Assembly (NCBI RefSeq): GCF_964213995.1
Contig: NC_135811.1
Coordinates: 3,472,001 to 3,536,000, forward strand
Reading direction: 5' to 3'
Length of the DNA: 64,000 nt
DNA from: Mustelus asterias
Taxonomy: Eukaryota
Part shown: positions 47,980 through 61,724 of the stretch, one piece after another
Layout: each line of letters opens with the position of its first letter
Position numbering within the stretch: the first letter of the stretch is position 1
The notes under the pieces: model-generated
The model's input: only the letters and a program-made list of their open reading frames with translations
What the model was told of the DNA's origin: nothing
Databases searched by the model: none
Position numbers and translations under genes: made by a program

Positions 47980-49090
47980 TATATACGTAAATGACATAGA
48001 TGAAAATGTGCTGGGAATATTAAGCAAGTTTGTAGATGACACCAAGATTGGTAGGGTGGTTAATAGTGAAGATGCTTGTAAGTTACAGGAGAGAGACGTG
48101 CTGGTTAGGTGGATTGGCTGTGCTAAATTCTCCCTCAGTGTACTCCGAACAGGTGCCGGCCGGAGTGTGGCGACTGGGAGATTTTCACAGTAACTTCAAT
48201 GCAGTGTTAATGTAAGAATATTTGTGACACTAATAAATAATCTTTAACTTTAAGATATAGATGGGTTGGTCAGATGGGCAGAGCAGTGGCAGATGGTATT
48301 TAACCCTGATAAGTGCGAGGTGATGCACTTTGGAAGAAGAAACAAGATGAGCAAGTATTTAATGAATGGCAGGACACTGGGAAGCTCGGAGGAACAGCGG
48401 GATCATTGGGTAATTATTCATAGATTCCCAAAGTTTAGCAGAGCACATGAATAGGATAGTTAAGACATATGCAACCTTTGCTTGTATCAGTTGTGGCAAA
48501 GAGTATAAGAGCAAGGAGATTATATTCAGGTTATACAGAGCATTGCTTAGACCACAGCTGGATACCGTGTGCAGCCTGGTCACCTCACTCTTGGAAGGAT
48601 GTGATAGCACGTGAGGGGATAGAGGAGATTCACCAGGATGTTGCCTGGGATGGAGCATTTGAGCTATGAGAGACTGGATAGGCTTGGATTGTTTTCTCTA
48701 GAGCAGAGAAGGCGGGGGGGGGGGGGGGACATGATTGAGGTGTTTTAAGATTATGAGGGGTATGGACAGAGTGAGTAGGGAGCAGCTGTTTCTTCTGGGT
48801 TAAGGGGTCAATCATGAGGGGGAAGTTTTCAGGTAAGGGGCAGGAGATTCAGAGGGGATTTGAGAAAGAAAAATCACTGAGGGTGGTGGGAATCTGGAAT
48901 GTGTTGTCTGGGAAGGTAATGGAGGCTGGAAAACTTACAACCATTAAAAAAATATTTAGATGAACACTTGAAATATAATATGCAAGGGTATGGGATGAGT
49001 GCTAGGAAATGGGATTGGTATGCCTTTTGAGGTAGATATCGTTGGTGCAGACTCAATAGACCGAAGGGCCTTTTCTGCACTGTATGACTC
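47980..49090 (+). mobile_element. CR1 fragment
   Basis: SKFVDDTKIG, WAEQWQMVFNPDKCEVMHFG. Confidence 0.85.
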
Positions 49091-50596
49091 CTGGTCACTT
49101 GATTTGGTTTAAGCTCAATTCAAATTCTTGTCAGGATTTCGTCCAGTTACGTAGCCTCTACACTACTGTGCCCCTTTTAGAGTTAAATTCCCTCCTCTGT
49201 GATCACCTTGCAGTTGACTGACCCTCTTTAGACAGAACGCAGTAAGCATTGTGAGACTGATGTTTATTTTCCATTGGTTACTGAACGGGTGTAACACTGG
49301 TCCACTCACCTTGCAACACATTGTCACATGGATCCATTTTTTTTCTACCTCGTGTTGGGACGTTCCTGTTGTGTTTGTGGACGTAATTTGCACTTGGGTA
49401 AGAATCAGAAACCTGGGACCCAAAGAAGGCAGAGCCACAGCTGACTGTCCACACAGCACTGGGATGTAGGACGTGACAGGGAATTGCTAACTAACACTCT
49501 GTATGTGGAAAGAAACATTGGAAACAGCTGAAATTTCTGATCAATAACCACATGGCCATCAGCTTTCTGCTGGAGCAATAAGAGCATTGTATCTGTACTT
49601 TCCACAATTTGAGAGAAGAGCAGTTAGTGCAACAGACAACTAACCTTACACTGCAGGTTCAATCCCTGTATTGCCATCAGGACAGAAATTAAAATGTGAT
49701 TGTTGAGGGAGTAGATCCAGAAGAATGATTTCCTCTGAGGGGCAATGAAATAAAATGGGGCCAGAATTTTAGCAAAAAAAGGCCAAACTCTAATTTTTGG
49801 AGGAAATCTGGAATTCTCCCAAAAGCCTGGGGACAATTACAGCTTTCAAGACTGAGATTCATAATTTTCTCTTCATAAAAACATCAAGGGGTAAGGAGTA
49901 GACTATTTAGACCCTCGAGTCTGTTCTGCCATGCAATAAGATTCATAGCTGATCTGCTACCAAATTTCATCTTGGCACCTTTGCTCTAGTGAACAAAAAA
50001 TCTAAATTAAACGCAGCACCGGTTATTATTTGTGGACATTTAGAAGGACAAGAGCTCAAATTCTCAGATATCTGCTGCTCTTGTCCTTCTAAATGTCCTG
50101 GATGGGGTCAAGCTTATTGCTAGTGTTGTTGGAGCAGCACTCATCCAGGCAAGTGGAGGGTATTCCATTACACTCCTGACTTGTGCCTTGTAGTGCACAG
50201 GCTTTAGGGAATCAGGAAGTGAGCTATTCACGGCAGAATTCCTAGCCTCCATTACCTTCCCAGACAGCACATTCCAGATTGTGCATTATTCCACTGTTTG
50301 CTCATAGAAGTGTTTCCTCGCTTCAACTGTTGAAGGGCAACCTCTAACTTTTAGGCAATGTCTCCACGACCTCTAGCCTCTCATAATGAAATATATTAGA
50401 GATGTATTAGCAATCGCCAAAAGATTAGAATACAAGGGAGTGGTTAACAGACAATTTGCAGTTTGACGGGCTATGAGGACTGGAGTCCTGTAAGGATTAC
50501 TGCTGGGGCCTCAACCATTAAGAATCTATATTGATGAGTGGATTAATTAATGGAAGAGGGTTTGAGGACGGGGTCTAGGAATTGAGGGGGCAGATT

Positions 50597-52020
50597 TTTT
50601 TATATTCATTTTATGGGATGTGGGCGTCACTGGCTAGTCCAACATTTATCGCCCATCCCTAGTTGCCATTGAGGTGGTGGTGAGCTGCCTTCTTGAACCG
50701 CTGCAGTCCCTGAGGTGTAGGTACACCCACAACGGCGTTCGCGAGCACGTTCCGAGATTTTTACCTAGTGACAGTGAAGAAGCGGAAATATAATTCCAAC
50801 TCAGCATGGTGAAGGGCTTGGAGATGATTCTCCAAGTAGTGGAATTCTCAGGTATCTGCTGCTCTTGTCCTTCTAAATGGTAGTGGTTGCGAGTTTGGAC
50901 AATGCTGATTAAGGAACATTAGTGAGTTCCTGCAGTGCATCTTGTAGATGGTACACACAACTGCCACTGTTTGTCAGTGAATGTAACAATCAAGCAGGCT
51001 GTTTTGTCCTGGATGGGGTCAAGCTTATTGCTAGTGTTGTTGGAGCAGCACTCATCCAGGCAAGTGGAGGGTATTCCATTACACTCCTGACTTGTGCCTT
51101 GTAGTGCACAGGCTTTAGGGAATCAGGAAGTGAGCTATTCACGGCAGAATTCCCAGTCTTTGACCTGCTTTGGTAGCCACTATATTTATATGGTTAGTCT
51201 AGTTCAGTTTCTGGTTAGGGTGGTGAAGGCAGCATTTGGCATGCTTGGTTTCGTTGGTCAGAACATTGAATACAGGAGTTGGGACATCTTCTTGAAGTTG
51301 TACAAGACATTGGTAAGGCTACACTTGGAATACTGTGTACGGTTCTAGTCACTATTATAGAAAGGATATTATTAAACTAGAGTGTAGAAAAGATTTACGA
51401 GGATGCTACTGGGACTTGATGGTTTGAGTTATAAGGAGAGGCTGGATAGATTGGGACTTTTTTTCCCTGGAGCGTAGGAGGCTTAGGGGTGATCTTATAA
51501 AGGTCTATAAAGTAATGGGGGGCACAGATCAGCTAGTCAATATCTTTTCCTAAAGGTAGGGGAGTCTAAAGGTGAGAGGCGAGAGATACAAAAGGGTCCA
51601 GAGGGGCAATTTTTTTTTACTGAGTGTCTGGAACAAGCCAGAGGCAGGTACAATTTTGTCTTTAAAAAACATTTAGACAGTTACATGGGTAAGATGGGTA
51701 TAGAGGGATATCGGCCAAATGCAGGCAATTGGGACTAGCTTAGTGGTAAAAACTGGACAGCATGGACAAGTTGGGCTGACTGACCTGTTTATGCTGCAAA
51801 CCTCTATAATAGCACCCCCTGGATGTTGATAATGGGAGATTCAGTCATGGCAATGCCAGTTGTCAACATCCTCTCTTGTTGGAGATGGTCATCACCTGGC
51901 CCTCGTATGGCACAAATGTTACTTGCCACTTGTCAGCCCAAGCCTGGATATTGTCCAGGTCTTGCTGCATTTGGACGCAGACTGCTTCAGTATCTGAGTT
52001 GCAAATGATGCTGAACATCC
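50597..52020 (-). mobile_element. Old CR1/L2-superfamily LINE 3' portion, with a + strand CR1 inserted at about 51213-51808
   Basis: YKAQVRSVMEY..LAWMSAAPT motif. Same family as + strand relics at about 4440-4700, 15985-16705 and 28745-29370. Confidence 0.7.
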
Positions 52021-53532
52021 CCAATTGGAAGGAAGGTCATTGACAAAGCTGACCAGCATTTACTGGCCATCCCTAGTTGCCTAAAGGCAGTAGAGAGTCA
52101 ACCTCATTGCTGTGGCTCTAGAATCACATATAAAGGACAGCAGATTTCCTTCCCTAAAGGACATTAGTGAACCAAATCGGTTTAGAGTCCATCAGTTTGT
52201 GAATCCTCATTCTGTCTCACCTGGATTTCCCTTTACTGGTCCTACTGACATTCTAATACTGCATTCTCAGTTGTGAATTTGGTCTGAAACTAATTGTACA
52301 GATACAGGGTCCCCCTCCTACGTCTCCAAATCACACTCCTGCTCAATGACTGCGAACTTGAGAAATTGGGTTCACTTGGCTCATTTTCATTGTCCACAAG
52401 CTCTCACCTTTCAGGTGCACAGCCTGCTCTGCCACAAGTTAATTTTTTTTTGCACACCAACTTGACTTAAGCACACAAAACATGGGATAGTTACAGCTCC
52501 AGCTGACAAAGCACAATTATTTGATGAAAAAGCAGTAGCACCTTCTCCCTCTGCATCAAACGGCCACACTTTCACTCTGGTTCGGATGCACTCCATTCTT
52601 GACAACACTATGCGACCAACTGAATTGCAGATCAACATCGTGGAATAGACTCGGGCTTCCTTCTTTCCAATATTCCAATGAGGAATTGAAGGTAGTGTCT
52701 CAGTGATACCTCAGCCAAATAGGCCATTTCTCGACAGTGAGCCTGATATCTGACCATGACAAGCATCACAACCCCTGCCCAATTCCATCCAGCATTGATT
52801 CACCAGCCAAAATAGCCATATATTTACATCAGGATCTTGGCAAATGCTTCACAATCAAGTACTGAGATACAAACACAGGGAGCAATTTGAAAAGCAAAGT
52901 CCCACAAACAGCAATATAAATGGCGAGTTATGGCATTTAATTATGGGATTATATTGGACAGGACACTGAAGACCTCTCCCTTGTTTTACTTCAAAATGGG
53001 GTGGGTGCGAAATGATGGTTTAAATGTAACTCTCAGACAGCACAGACCTCTGCACCATTGGGAGTGTCAGCCTGGCTAAATATTCAATTAGGATTTAAAC
53101 CAAGGGCATTGTCAGTGAAAGCTCTCTCCACACACAAGGAACCCGAGTGGCAAAATCTTCGGAGGGTGAATGCAGAACAAGTGCGTTACCAAAATGAGAA
53201 AACCTTACACTCGGCAACATTCAAAGTATCAATGAATACAAGATTCAACCCTACACTATCTTTACTAAATTTAGCTGGGCCAGGATCTCCTGTTCCTCAA
53301 ACCAGATCCAAGTTGGTTAACATGCCAGGAATAGGTTTCTACAGCCACTACACAAGAGGCACTTTGACTCATGTCTGTGCCAGCTTATTTTCAAAAGCCA
53401 ATCAATTAGTCCCACTCCACCATTCTTTCCTCGCCTTTGATCACTGTCCCTTTAGTTCACATTTTTTGAAACAAGAATGGGTTTTAAATTTGGAATAATT
53501 AAACTGAAAATCATTCACGTGCTTTCTTAATT

Positions 53533-53853
53533 AAAGAACATAGAAAAGCTACAGCACAAACAGGCCCTTCGGCCCACAAGTTGCGCCGAACATGTCCCTA
53601 CCTACTAGGCTTACCTATAACCCTCTATCTTACTACCATAAACTTATCCAAAAGTCTCTTAAAAGACTATCGAATCTGCCTCCACCACCACCACTACTGG
53701 CAGCCAATTCCAAGCACCCACCACCCCGAGTGAAAAAATTACCCCTAACATCTCCTCTGTACCTACTCCCCAGCACCCTAAACCTGTGACCTCTTGTGGC
53801 AACCATTTCAGCCCTGGGTAAAAGCCTCTGAGAATCCACTCTATCAATACCCC
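53533..53853 (-). mobile_element. CR1 3' fragment
   Basis: GIDRVDSQRLLPRAEMVATRGHRFRVLG. Confidence 0.85.
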
Positions 53854-56800
53854 AATAATTATTGGCAACAACTGCAGGGAACAGCCAGAGAAAAGTGGTA
53901 CCATGGTACCCTCTGATGCCCACTGGTAACATTAGTCGATGTTAACTTGACCTGGCTATGAAATGTTTTCTTCACAAAATAGTTTATATGACGTTTGAAT
54001 GTTCTTCCCCCTCAACTATATCGTAGCTTCAAAAAGATTGAGTCACATTGAGGACACCCAGAGTGTGGAAAACCATCAGGCACCATCCTAACTTGGAAAT
54101 ATATGCCTTGCTTCACGGTCGCTGGGTCAAATTCCTGGAATTCCCTCCCTAACCGCACTGTGGGTGTAGCCGTTACGTATTAACATTGATTGTTGGTAGT
54201 TGCAATAAGCATTGTGTATGCCAGAATGAAGCAGCCACGCAGTGAACACCACCCTGGAAATAAAGCTCCGTTATTTTTAATCCTCCGTGGTTCCTAGCAT
54301 CAATTCTCCAATATACAACAGCACCTACACCTCAGGGACTTCAAGAAGACAGTTCACCACCACATTCTGAAGCGCAACTAAGAATGGGCAATAAATGTTG
54401 GTCGAGCCAGCAATACCTACATCCCATAAAAACCCAGAACCACAACCTCCCACCAGACAGCAAGTACACTTCTGCATCGTCATATTACTCCCACTGCAAC
54501 CAGAGGATACTCACCTATGTATATATAGCCCAGGGACAAGGTGTGACCATAGAAATAGTGCAGGACAGTTCTGGCTGTAATCAAGCGACAGTGATGTCTA
54601 CTCTGGTAATAGACGGTTTTGCTCAGGAATGATTGCAATGAGATGATCAGTGCTAATGGAACTATAAATAGTTCCTACCAAATTAAAACTAGCAGCAATA
54701 TTGCCTGCAGCAGCAAATTTCAATTCACACAGAAGACAATAACCAGCTCATTGGGAAGAAGATGGAGCTTCCTACCACTGATGGTGAACTACAACCACAG
54801 AGGAAATGGTGCTTTACTCAAACAATATCCCAAAAGCAGCAATTAGTCAGGATGCTTTTAGCTGCTCAGGTTTCCACGTTCACTTAGTTTATGCTTCCAA
54901 ACATTTTCCCTCAGGGTCCCTCGCCCCAGGACTGGTTTAGTTTATCCAGATTAACAACAAATCAGCATAACTGTTGTATTTCCTGTCATTGGGACATGAT
55001 TAAAAACAGACCAGAAGCATATGTTTAGGTATTAGTGTGTCAACACTGGAACAGTTAACACTGAGTAAACAAACCCTTCTAACCTGCATCCTAACATTTT
55101 AAAACAAAAGACACACAAAAAGTTGATCTTTTAAAAAGATTTATATGTACACAGTTCTTTCCTTATCTGGGCTGTACTCCACTGATGAGTGTCAGAAGTT
55201 TTCGCAAGAGGGCACCAGTTAACATATCAAAAGCAAGCAGTATGTCTGTGCGTTTTGAAAATGGGCTGTGGAAGGTAAAGGAGCATGGCTAAATTCCCAT
55301 GTTACGGAAATAAATGAAGGGTTGGCACCTGCAGGGTTTGGTGTTACAATATTATGGTAATGATCAGAGTTAATATGCTTTATAGTTTAAGACAGGCAAT
55401 ATGGAACCCCAGTGTAGTTCTGTAAAACTGAAGCCACTAGTATGTTCATTCCATTGTTTTACAGCTCAATGTTTGCACGAGCCACACCACAGGTTTGGGA
55501 GGCTAGAATCTGTAACCGTACCATCGGGTGTAAAGAAAGCTTTCCTCATTTTACCTGGTGAAAAATACTGAATCAGTTTTATCCTTGGAGGGGAAAGAGC
55601 CACTGAAACCTGCCTCAAGCATCATGACCCAAACTCTCAACATCTACTGCCTAGGACAAGTGGCAGATGCATAGGAACACCATCACCTGCACACCTCCCT
55701 CAATTGTACGCCATCCTGACTTGGAGTACATCATTGTCACTGGGTGAAAATCCTGGAGCTTACAGTATTTTTGAGTACCGACATTGCATGTACTGCAGTG
55801 GTTCACTTTCTCAAAGGCAATTAGGTGAGGGAATGTTAAACAAGGTGCCATTTCTATTTTAGCTAATGGGGCAAAAAAACCCCCCCGAGTGCCAGAATAC
55901 ACAGCAGGTTGATGTTTGTAACAGAAAATCTAACAGGCAGGCAACTTTATCCAATCTGCTACATATTTGGTTCCATTTCTTCCCTCCCCTCAAAAGAGAG
56001 TGGCTCATTAGTTTCCACAGAGCTTTGTGCACACCGTCATGCTATCAGTTTCTGGAATCACAGACCCACAGTCTTCCTACAGTACTGATACTTCAGCACG
56101 GCCCATATCCTCATGCAACTCCACTCTCCCCACACCGTTCCCACAGATTGGTTTTTAGCACTTGTGCAGAAAACAGCACTACACAACCAAAGGAAGCAAG
56201 CAAGCAGCAGCTGTTCTCAAGTATGCAGCAAGGAAACCAAATACACAAACATGTCACAGTGTAATCTGGGAGATAGCATGGGGCAGGGCAGAAATGAGAC
56301 AGAAAAGATTATTTAAAAAAGGTATTAACCTGGTTTTATAAAACATGGATTTTCAAACAAGATTGGTCTGTAGACCTCGAGGAGTCTGTAAAATCAGATT
56401 TCTATGTGGCTAGATCCGGGAATATGACCGGAACCATACCTGGATAATTTTGTATTCCATCTGCTCCCTGCATCATTCACATAGAATCATATAATAGCAA
56501 CATTATTTCTGTCCAATTCTGTGCACATTACATAACTGAGAGAGTCCTTCTATCCGATTGGAGACGAGCTGAATTGTGAGAGGTGGTAGTGGGGGGGCAG
56601 GGAGAGGGAGATCTGAAAACTTGGATCGCACTTGAGTATTTTGCTCGGTTTGATGAAGCCAGGCCTGGTGAGAGTGTAAATGGAAAAGCTAGATTTGCAT
56701 AGTGCATGAATATGTAGGCGCATAAGTGTTTGGAAAAATATTCAGGCAAGAATGAATGGAATTTAACACGAGTTGCAGCTAATTCTCACTCAATCCAGGA

Positions 56801-58399
56801 TTTAAGAATCGAGTGCGACAACTAAATGCAGAATTGAAAAAAAGTTATAACAGAGACAGGTTGCGACAACAGACACTGGTTGCAGGAATAAACAGAAAAT
56901 GCTGGAAAAACTCAGCAGGTTTGACAGCATCTGTGGAGAGAGAATCATATGACTTCTTCAGAGAAGAGGAGGCAGAAGTAGAGGTTGCAGGAATGCAGAT
57001 GTCAGTATAATGAAGATGGAAAAGCAAATTTGTTTCCTCCCAAATACCAGAAACATTACAAACTATAAAATGAGTATCGCTGGCTTAGCTCAGTGCTTGT
57101 GCCCATCTTCCTGATTCCCTCCTCTCTGCTGCAGATATTAGGGGATCTCATCTCATCTCTTTGTTAGTGTCTCTCCCAACCTGAGAGCCAGAAGACGTAC
57201 CATGGACATAGATACCAGAATCAAACGCAAGAGAATTGGTCAGAAGGCAAATGGTTGCTGGTCCACACAACAAACCAGGCCACGAAACCAGAGATCGCAA
57301 GTTTCAATTCCACTACATCAACTTCTGCAATGAAGTCTTCTTTGCAGAGCAAACAATTACTCAGCAGGACAAGATTTACAGGAGGTTACTGAGGGCTGTG
57401 GGTACTGGGGAGGAATCTCCCACACCCATCACTTAGAGTCATCAGCACTGATGCAATGGGAAGGTAAAGTCACACATAGGACTGGGCTATTCTACTGTAT
57501 TAAAGTGGTAATTATAGGCCTACATTGTTACTGGTGAACCCGGTGTAGGTCCACTTCCAAGTTAGACTTCAGGCAGTCTTTATACAAACAAATTCTCCCA
57601 CCTCAATAAATGGCTTAGGTGTACAACTCAAATCAGGTTCTGAAGGGTAGGCACCCAAAATATTAGTCTGCCTTTCTCCTTTACAGATGTTGCCTAACCA
57701 GCTGTGTATTCCCAGCACTGGTGCACTTACTTCAGATTTACATTTACAGTTTGTTCCTTTATTCAGAAACAATTCTATAAAATGCTAAATTAGATAATAA
57801 GAATCTCTACATACAAGGTGCCTTTTTAAAGAGAGGAATCAATTTAAAGTCTAAGAGACCATTAGTTTTTACAGAACAATACTGCAGAAAGCAGACTCCA
57901 AGGCACCAGTTGGAAGTCCCAGAACCTCAATCAAACTGAACTCGGCTTGCAGTAACGAAACGAGCCAAGATGTCCAAACATTCCTCTGTGATGGATGGTC
58001 AGTTATAGACAGCCACCTTATGACAATATGGTTTAAATGGCTGCACAGCAAGCAAACATCGTCAGCCTGTGACTGGCGTCAGAAGTGAGAGAAACTATTC
58101 TCCACCTTACCAACTTCCTGTTTAATAACAGAGAATTTCTGATGTGAGATGAGAAAAATGGAAGGAAGTAAAAGGGCAAAAACAGAAAAGGGAAAAGGCA
58201 TTGCTTTGTTACTGCATCAGTGGAGCTCCGCCCATCTCACAAAGTGCCATCTAGATCAAGTTCACCTTATTATGCATTTCAAATAAAAAAAGATAAAATA
58301 TAAAACATTATTAAACACAGGTTATTCAGCTTAAGGCTAAATTTAGATACATTTAATTATACACATCCTTTAATTACACTACGTAGCACAGGGCAACCG

Positions 58400-58536
58400 T
58401 TACAAGTTCCTTCCCAGAACCAACATCTCTTTCGGGAATCCCTCCATTTTAGCCAACTCCAAGAAGCCCAGCTTTCTGTAGAATTCCAGCCCTCGTCGAT
58501 CACTGGGTTTTACTTCACAGAATGCTCCTCGGGATC
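58400..58536 (-). CDS. OGA: O-GlcNAcase (OGA/MGEA5) or OGA-like, last exon
   Basis: T-tract tag|GA; (G)[44 protein letters not shown], resembling human [45 protein letters not shown]. Not in the ORF track. Confidence 0.9.
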
Positions 58537-59949
58537 CTAAAAAAAAAGGGAGATAAGTAGGAGTTTAACTCATCGGAACCCATTGTCAAACAACCTGCAG
58601 TGGAATAGGCACTCCAATATACCCTGGATTCCATCACAGGCCACCTATCCTCTGCCGTCCTTCAGCCACTTGACTGAAAAAGCTTTTGATCACTTATCCC
58701 AGTATCTCACCTGGCTTGGTGTCAAATTTTGTTTGCTAATCGCTCCTGTAAAGCACCCTGGCAGGTTTAACTGCATTAAAGGCGCTATAAAAATACAAAT
58801 TGCTGCTGTTATGTAGAAGTTACATGTCAGTGACATTTCCTTTCTACTGCTACCTAGCAACAAGAATGTGTCGACGCAACCAAGACCCCGCTTCCCCATA
58901 CCACCCCCACACAGTCAGAATTTCAGGTGAAATCCAGAGTTTGCAAGACAGCATAAGCATACTACTCATTAGGGGAGCACATTCCAACATGCCTGAAATA
59001 TGGGCCTTGGGCCTAACACTAATGTAGCCTGCAACTGCAATTTAGGATTAAGAAGTTCATAGTGTTACAAGATGGAATCAAGTGTGTTTCAAAGCGATCC
59101 TAGATCTTGATTAGACCCATTGATGTTTGACACGACAGTTTACATTTATGCATAATTAACTTTAAAATTAGAAATATGTCAACCAATTAGAAAAGCAAGT
59201 ATCTAAATGCTATTTCCAGCAGTTGGAATCAAATAGAAGAAATGGGGCCGTAAAACAGGAAACAAAGCTACAGCAGTGCCCCAGTTACCAAATAAAAATG
59301 GACCCAAACCAAAATGTGGTATCTGTATATCACAGGGTATTATTCTCTATTTCACCCGAGTCAGAAAAAGGTATACAGCACAGAAAAAGGCACTTCAGCC
59401 CCATCACATCTGCACCCAAGACAAACCACCCAAACTACTACAATGCCATTTTCCAGCACTTGGCCCAAAGCCTTGTATGCCTTGGCTTCGCATCCTCAGT
59501 CTCTGCTCCAAGGACAATAATCCCAGAATATCCAATCACTCGTCATAACTCACTCTCCAGCCCAGGCAACATCCTGGTAAATCTCCTCTGCACCCTTTCC
59601 AGTGCTATCACATCACTCCTATGTGGATTACACACAATTCAGGGTGGCAAGGTGGCACAGTGGTTAGCACTGCTGCCTCACACTGAGGGACCTGGGTTTG
59701 ATTCCAGCCTTGGGTTACTGTCTGTGTGGAATCTCCACATTCTCACCATGTCTGCGTGAGTTTCTTCCGGGGGCTCTGGTTTCTTCCTATGGTCCAAAGG
59801 TGTGTGTGTTAGGTGGATTGGCCATGCTAAGTTGCCCCTTAGTGTCAGGGGGACTAGCAAGGGTAAATGCGTGGGGTTGCGAGGATAGGGCCTGGGTGGG
59901 ATTGTAGTTGGTGCAGACTCGATGGCCAAATGGCCTCCTTCTGCACTGT

Positions 59950-60640
59950 AGATTCTACGTCCACTCATGGTTGGTCAGAAGCGAAACTGGCCTTCTGGAA
60001 GGACTACTTCAGAGACTGGGAGAAGGCAGCTAGTGAGGATTCGAGCGATGACCTCCCTGGCGATGGAGATTAGGAATATTCTTCGTTAGTTCCATAGTCC
60101 ATTTTGTCTCCTTTCTTGAAGATGGTGGTGAAGACGGCACCCCTAAGGTTGGCAGGAATTTCTTCTGTCCCAGATGGTAGTGAGTCTGGTGAACTGATGT
60201 GATGACAATAATCTCTCCCTCAACGTCAATACAACGAAGGAGATAGTCATCGACTTCAGGAAACGTAGTGGAGGACAATCTGTCCTGGTCTCTCCACGCC
60301 AACGCGATAGTTAAGAAAGCCCACCAACGTCTCTACTTGCTCAGAAGGCTAAGGAAATTCAGCATGTCCACTACAACTCTTACCAATTTCTACAGATGCA
60401 CCATGCGTCCTGGACTGATCCATGGGTTTTTCTCTCCAGAAGGTGGTGCAACCACTGCCATCTTCCCTCAGCTGCCCTTCAGGACTCTCGCAGAGCAGTG
60501 ATATCAATGTTGAAGGGCTGACTTCATGGGCAACGCTGTTCTGATTGGTTGTTTTGCTCATTATCCATGACAGCTTGTACATTCTAGGGTCTCACAATTA
60601 CCAGGCAGGATATCACTGAAGATAGAAGTCACCCACCTCT
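59950..60640 (-). mobile_element. RTE-clade LINE fragments (about 59950-60175 and 60403-60640) interleaved with Rex1/Babar (+, about 60180-60402 and 60643-61103)
   Basis: EEIPANLRGAVFTTIFKKGDK...ISIAREVIARILTSCLLPVSEVVLPEGQF is typical of RTE RT; Rex motif KKAHQRLYLLRRLRKF. Confidence 0.65.
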
Positions 60641-61564
60641 CTAATGGAAGTCCTTTCTGGTTGCATCACAGCTTGGTATGGCTCTTCCTCTGCCCAAGTC
60701 CGCAAGAAACTACAAAGGGCCGTGAATGAAGCCCAGTCCATCATGCAAACCAGCTTCCCATCCATTGACTCCGTCTACACTTCCTGCTGCCTCAGCAAAG
60801 CAGCCAGCATAATTAAGGATGCCACACACCCCGGACATTCTCTCTTCACCTTCTTCCGTTGGGAAAAAGATACAAAAGTCTGAGGTCACGTACCAACCGA
60901 CTCAAAAACAGCACTTTCTCTGCTGCCAGACTTGGACCTACCTCGCACTAAGTTGATCTTTCTCTACACCCTAGCTATGAATGTAACACTACATTCTGCA
61001 CTCTTTCCTTTTCTTCTCTATGAACGGTTTGCTTTGTCTGTATAGTGCGCAAGAAACAACACTTTTCACTGTTCGCTAATATATGTGACAATAAATCAAA
61101 TAAACCCTTCAGTGAAAAAAGTACATTTTCTCAACACTAGCCTCAAGGAGCTGTAAGTTATTGGGAGATTTGCCAAGGGATCAGATATTACACAATCTTT
61201 AACCTGATCAAACACATCTATTCGCAGTTCTCTAATTGATAGTCACTGTGCATCATGTACTTCAATCGTAAGCTGGCTAAGGATCATCTTCCAGTTAACC
61301 AGGAATATCTTGAACAAGATCCTCATTGTAGAAGAGAGACACACAGCCAAAACCCAGAACGTGAATTCTTTTAGAAAGGGACATGTTTGGACAGTAATCA
61401 ATTCGTGTGTATAATTTCCAAGAATGTGGGAGAAATAAAAAAATTAATATTTTGGCAGGTAATCATTTGATGCATTCCACATGATTCAGTGCATCGTTTA
61501 TGTCCAATAATTAGCAATCACTGTGATTTCTCTTCAGATAGGAAGGCAAAACATTTAGACTTAC

Positions 61565-61724
61565 CATTAGCTTTTAATGATGAAAGCAAGCAACCCATCA
61601 TACTCTTAGCAACACTGGGATCTGTCACTTTGGAGTGCACATCCACTTTAATTAGTGACGGGAAGGTGGCAAGGAAGCTTTCCGGCAGGCCTTGTTGCTC
61701 TTCATGGAAGCTCAGCATCATTTT
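61565..61724 (-). CDS. OGA: O-GlcNAcase (OGA/MGEA5) or OGA-like, penultimate exon (pseudo-HAT domain)
   Basis: tag|[54 protein letters not shown]|gtaagt; matches recalled human [53 protein letters not shown]. Confidence 0.9.

Noticed and set aside
43920-57763. Poly(A) sites for POLL (AATAAA near 43920 and 47668) and OGA (57758-57763; TATAAA near 55140)
   Set aside because: Several candidates exist and none can be chosen without 3'-end data.
42138-58399. BTRC exons expected from human synteny, or another gene
   Set aside because: No WD40/BTRC C-terminal peptide recognised; the region reads as UTRs plus TE debris. Small exons could still have been missed.
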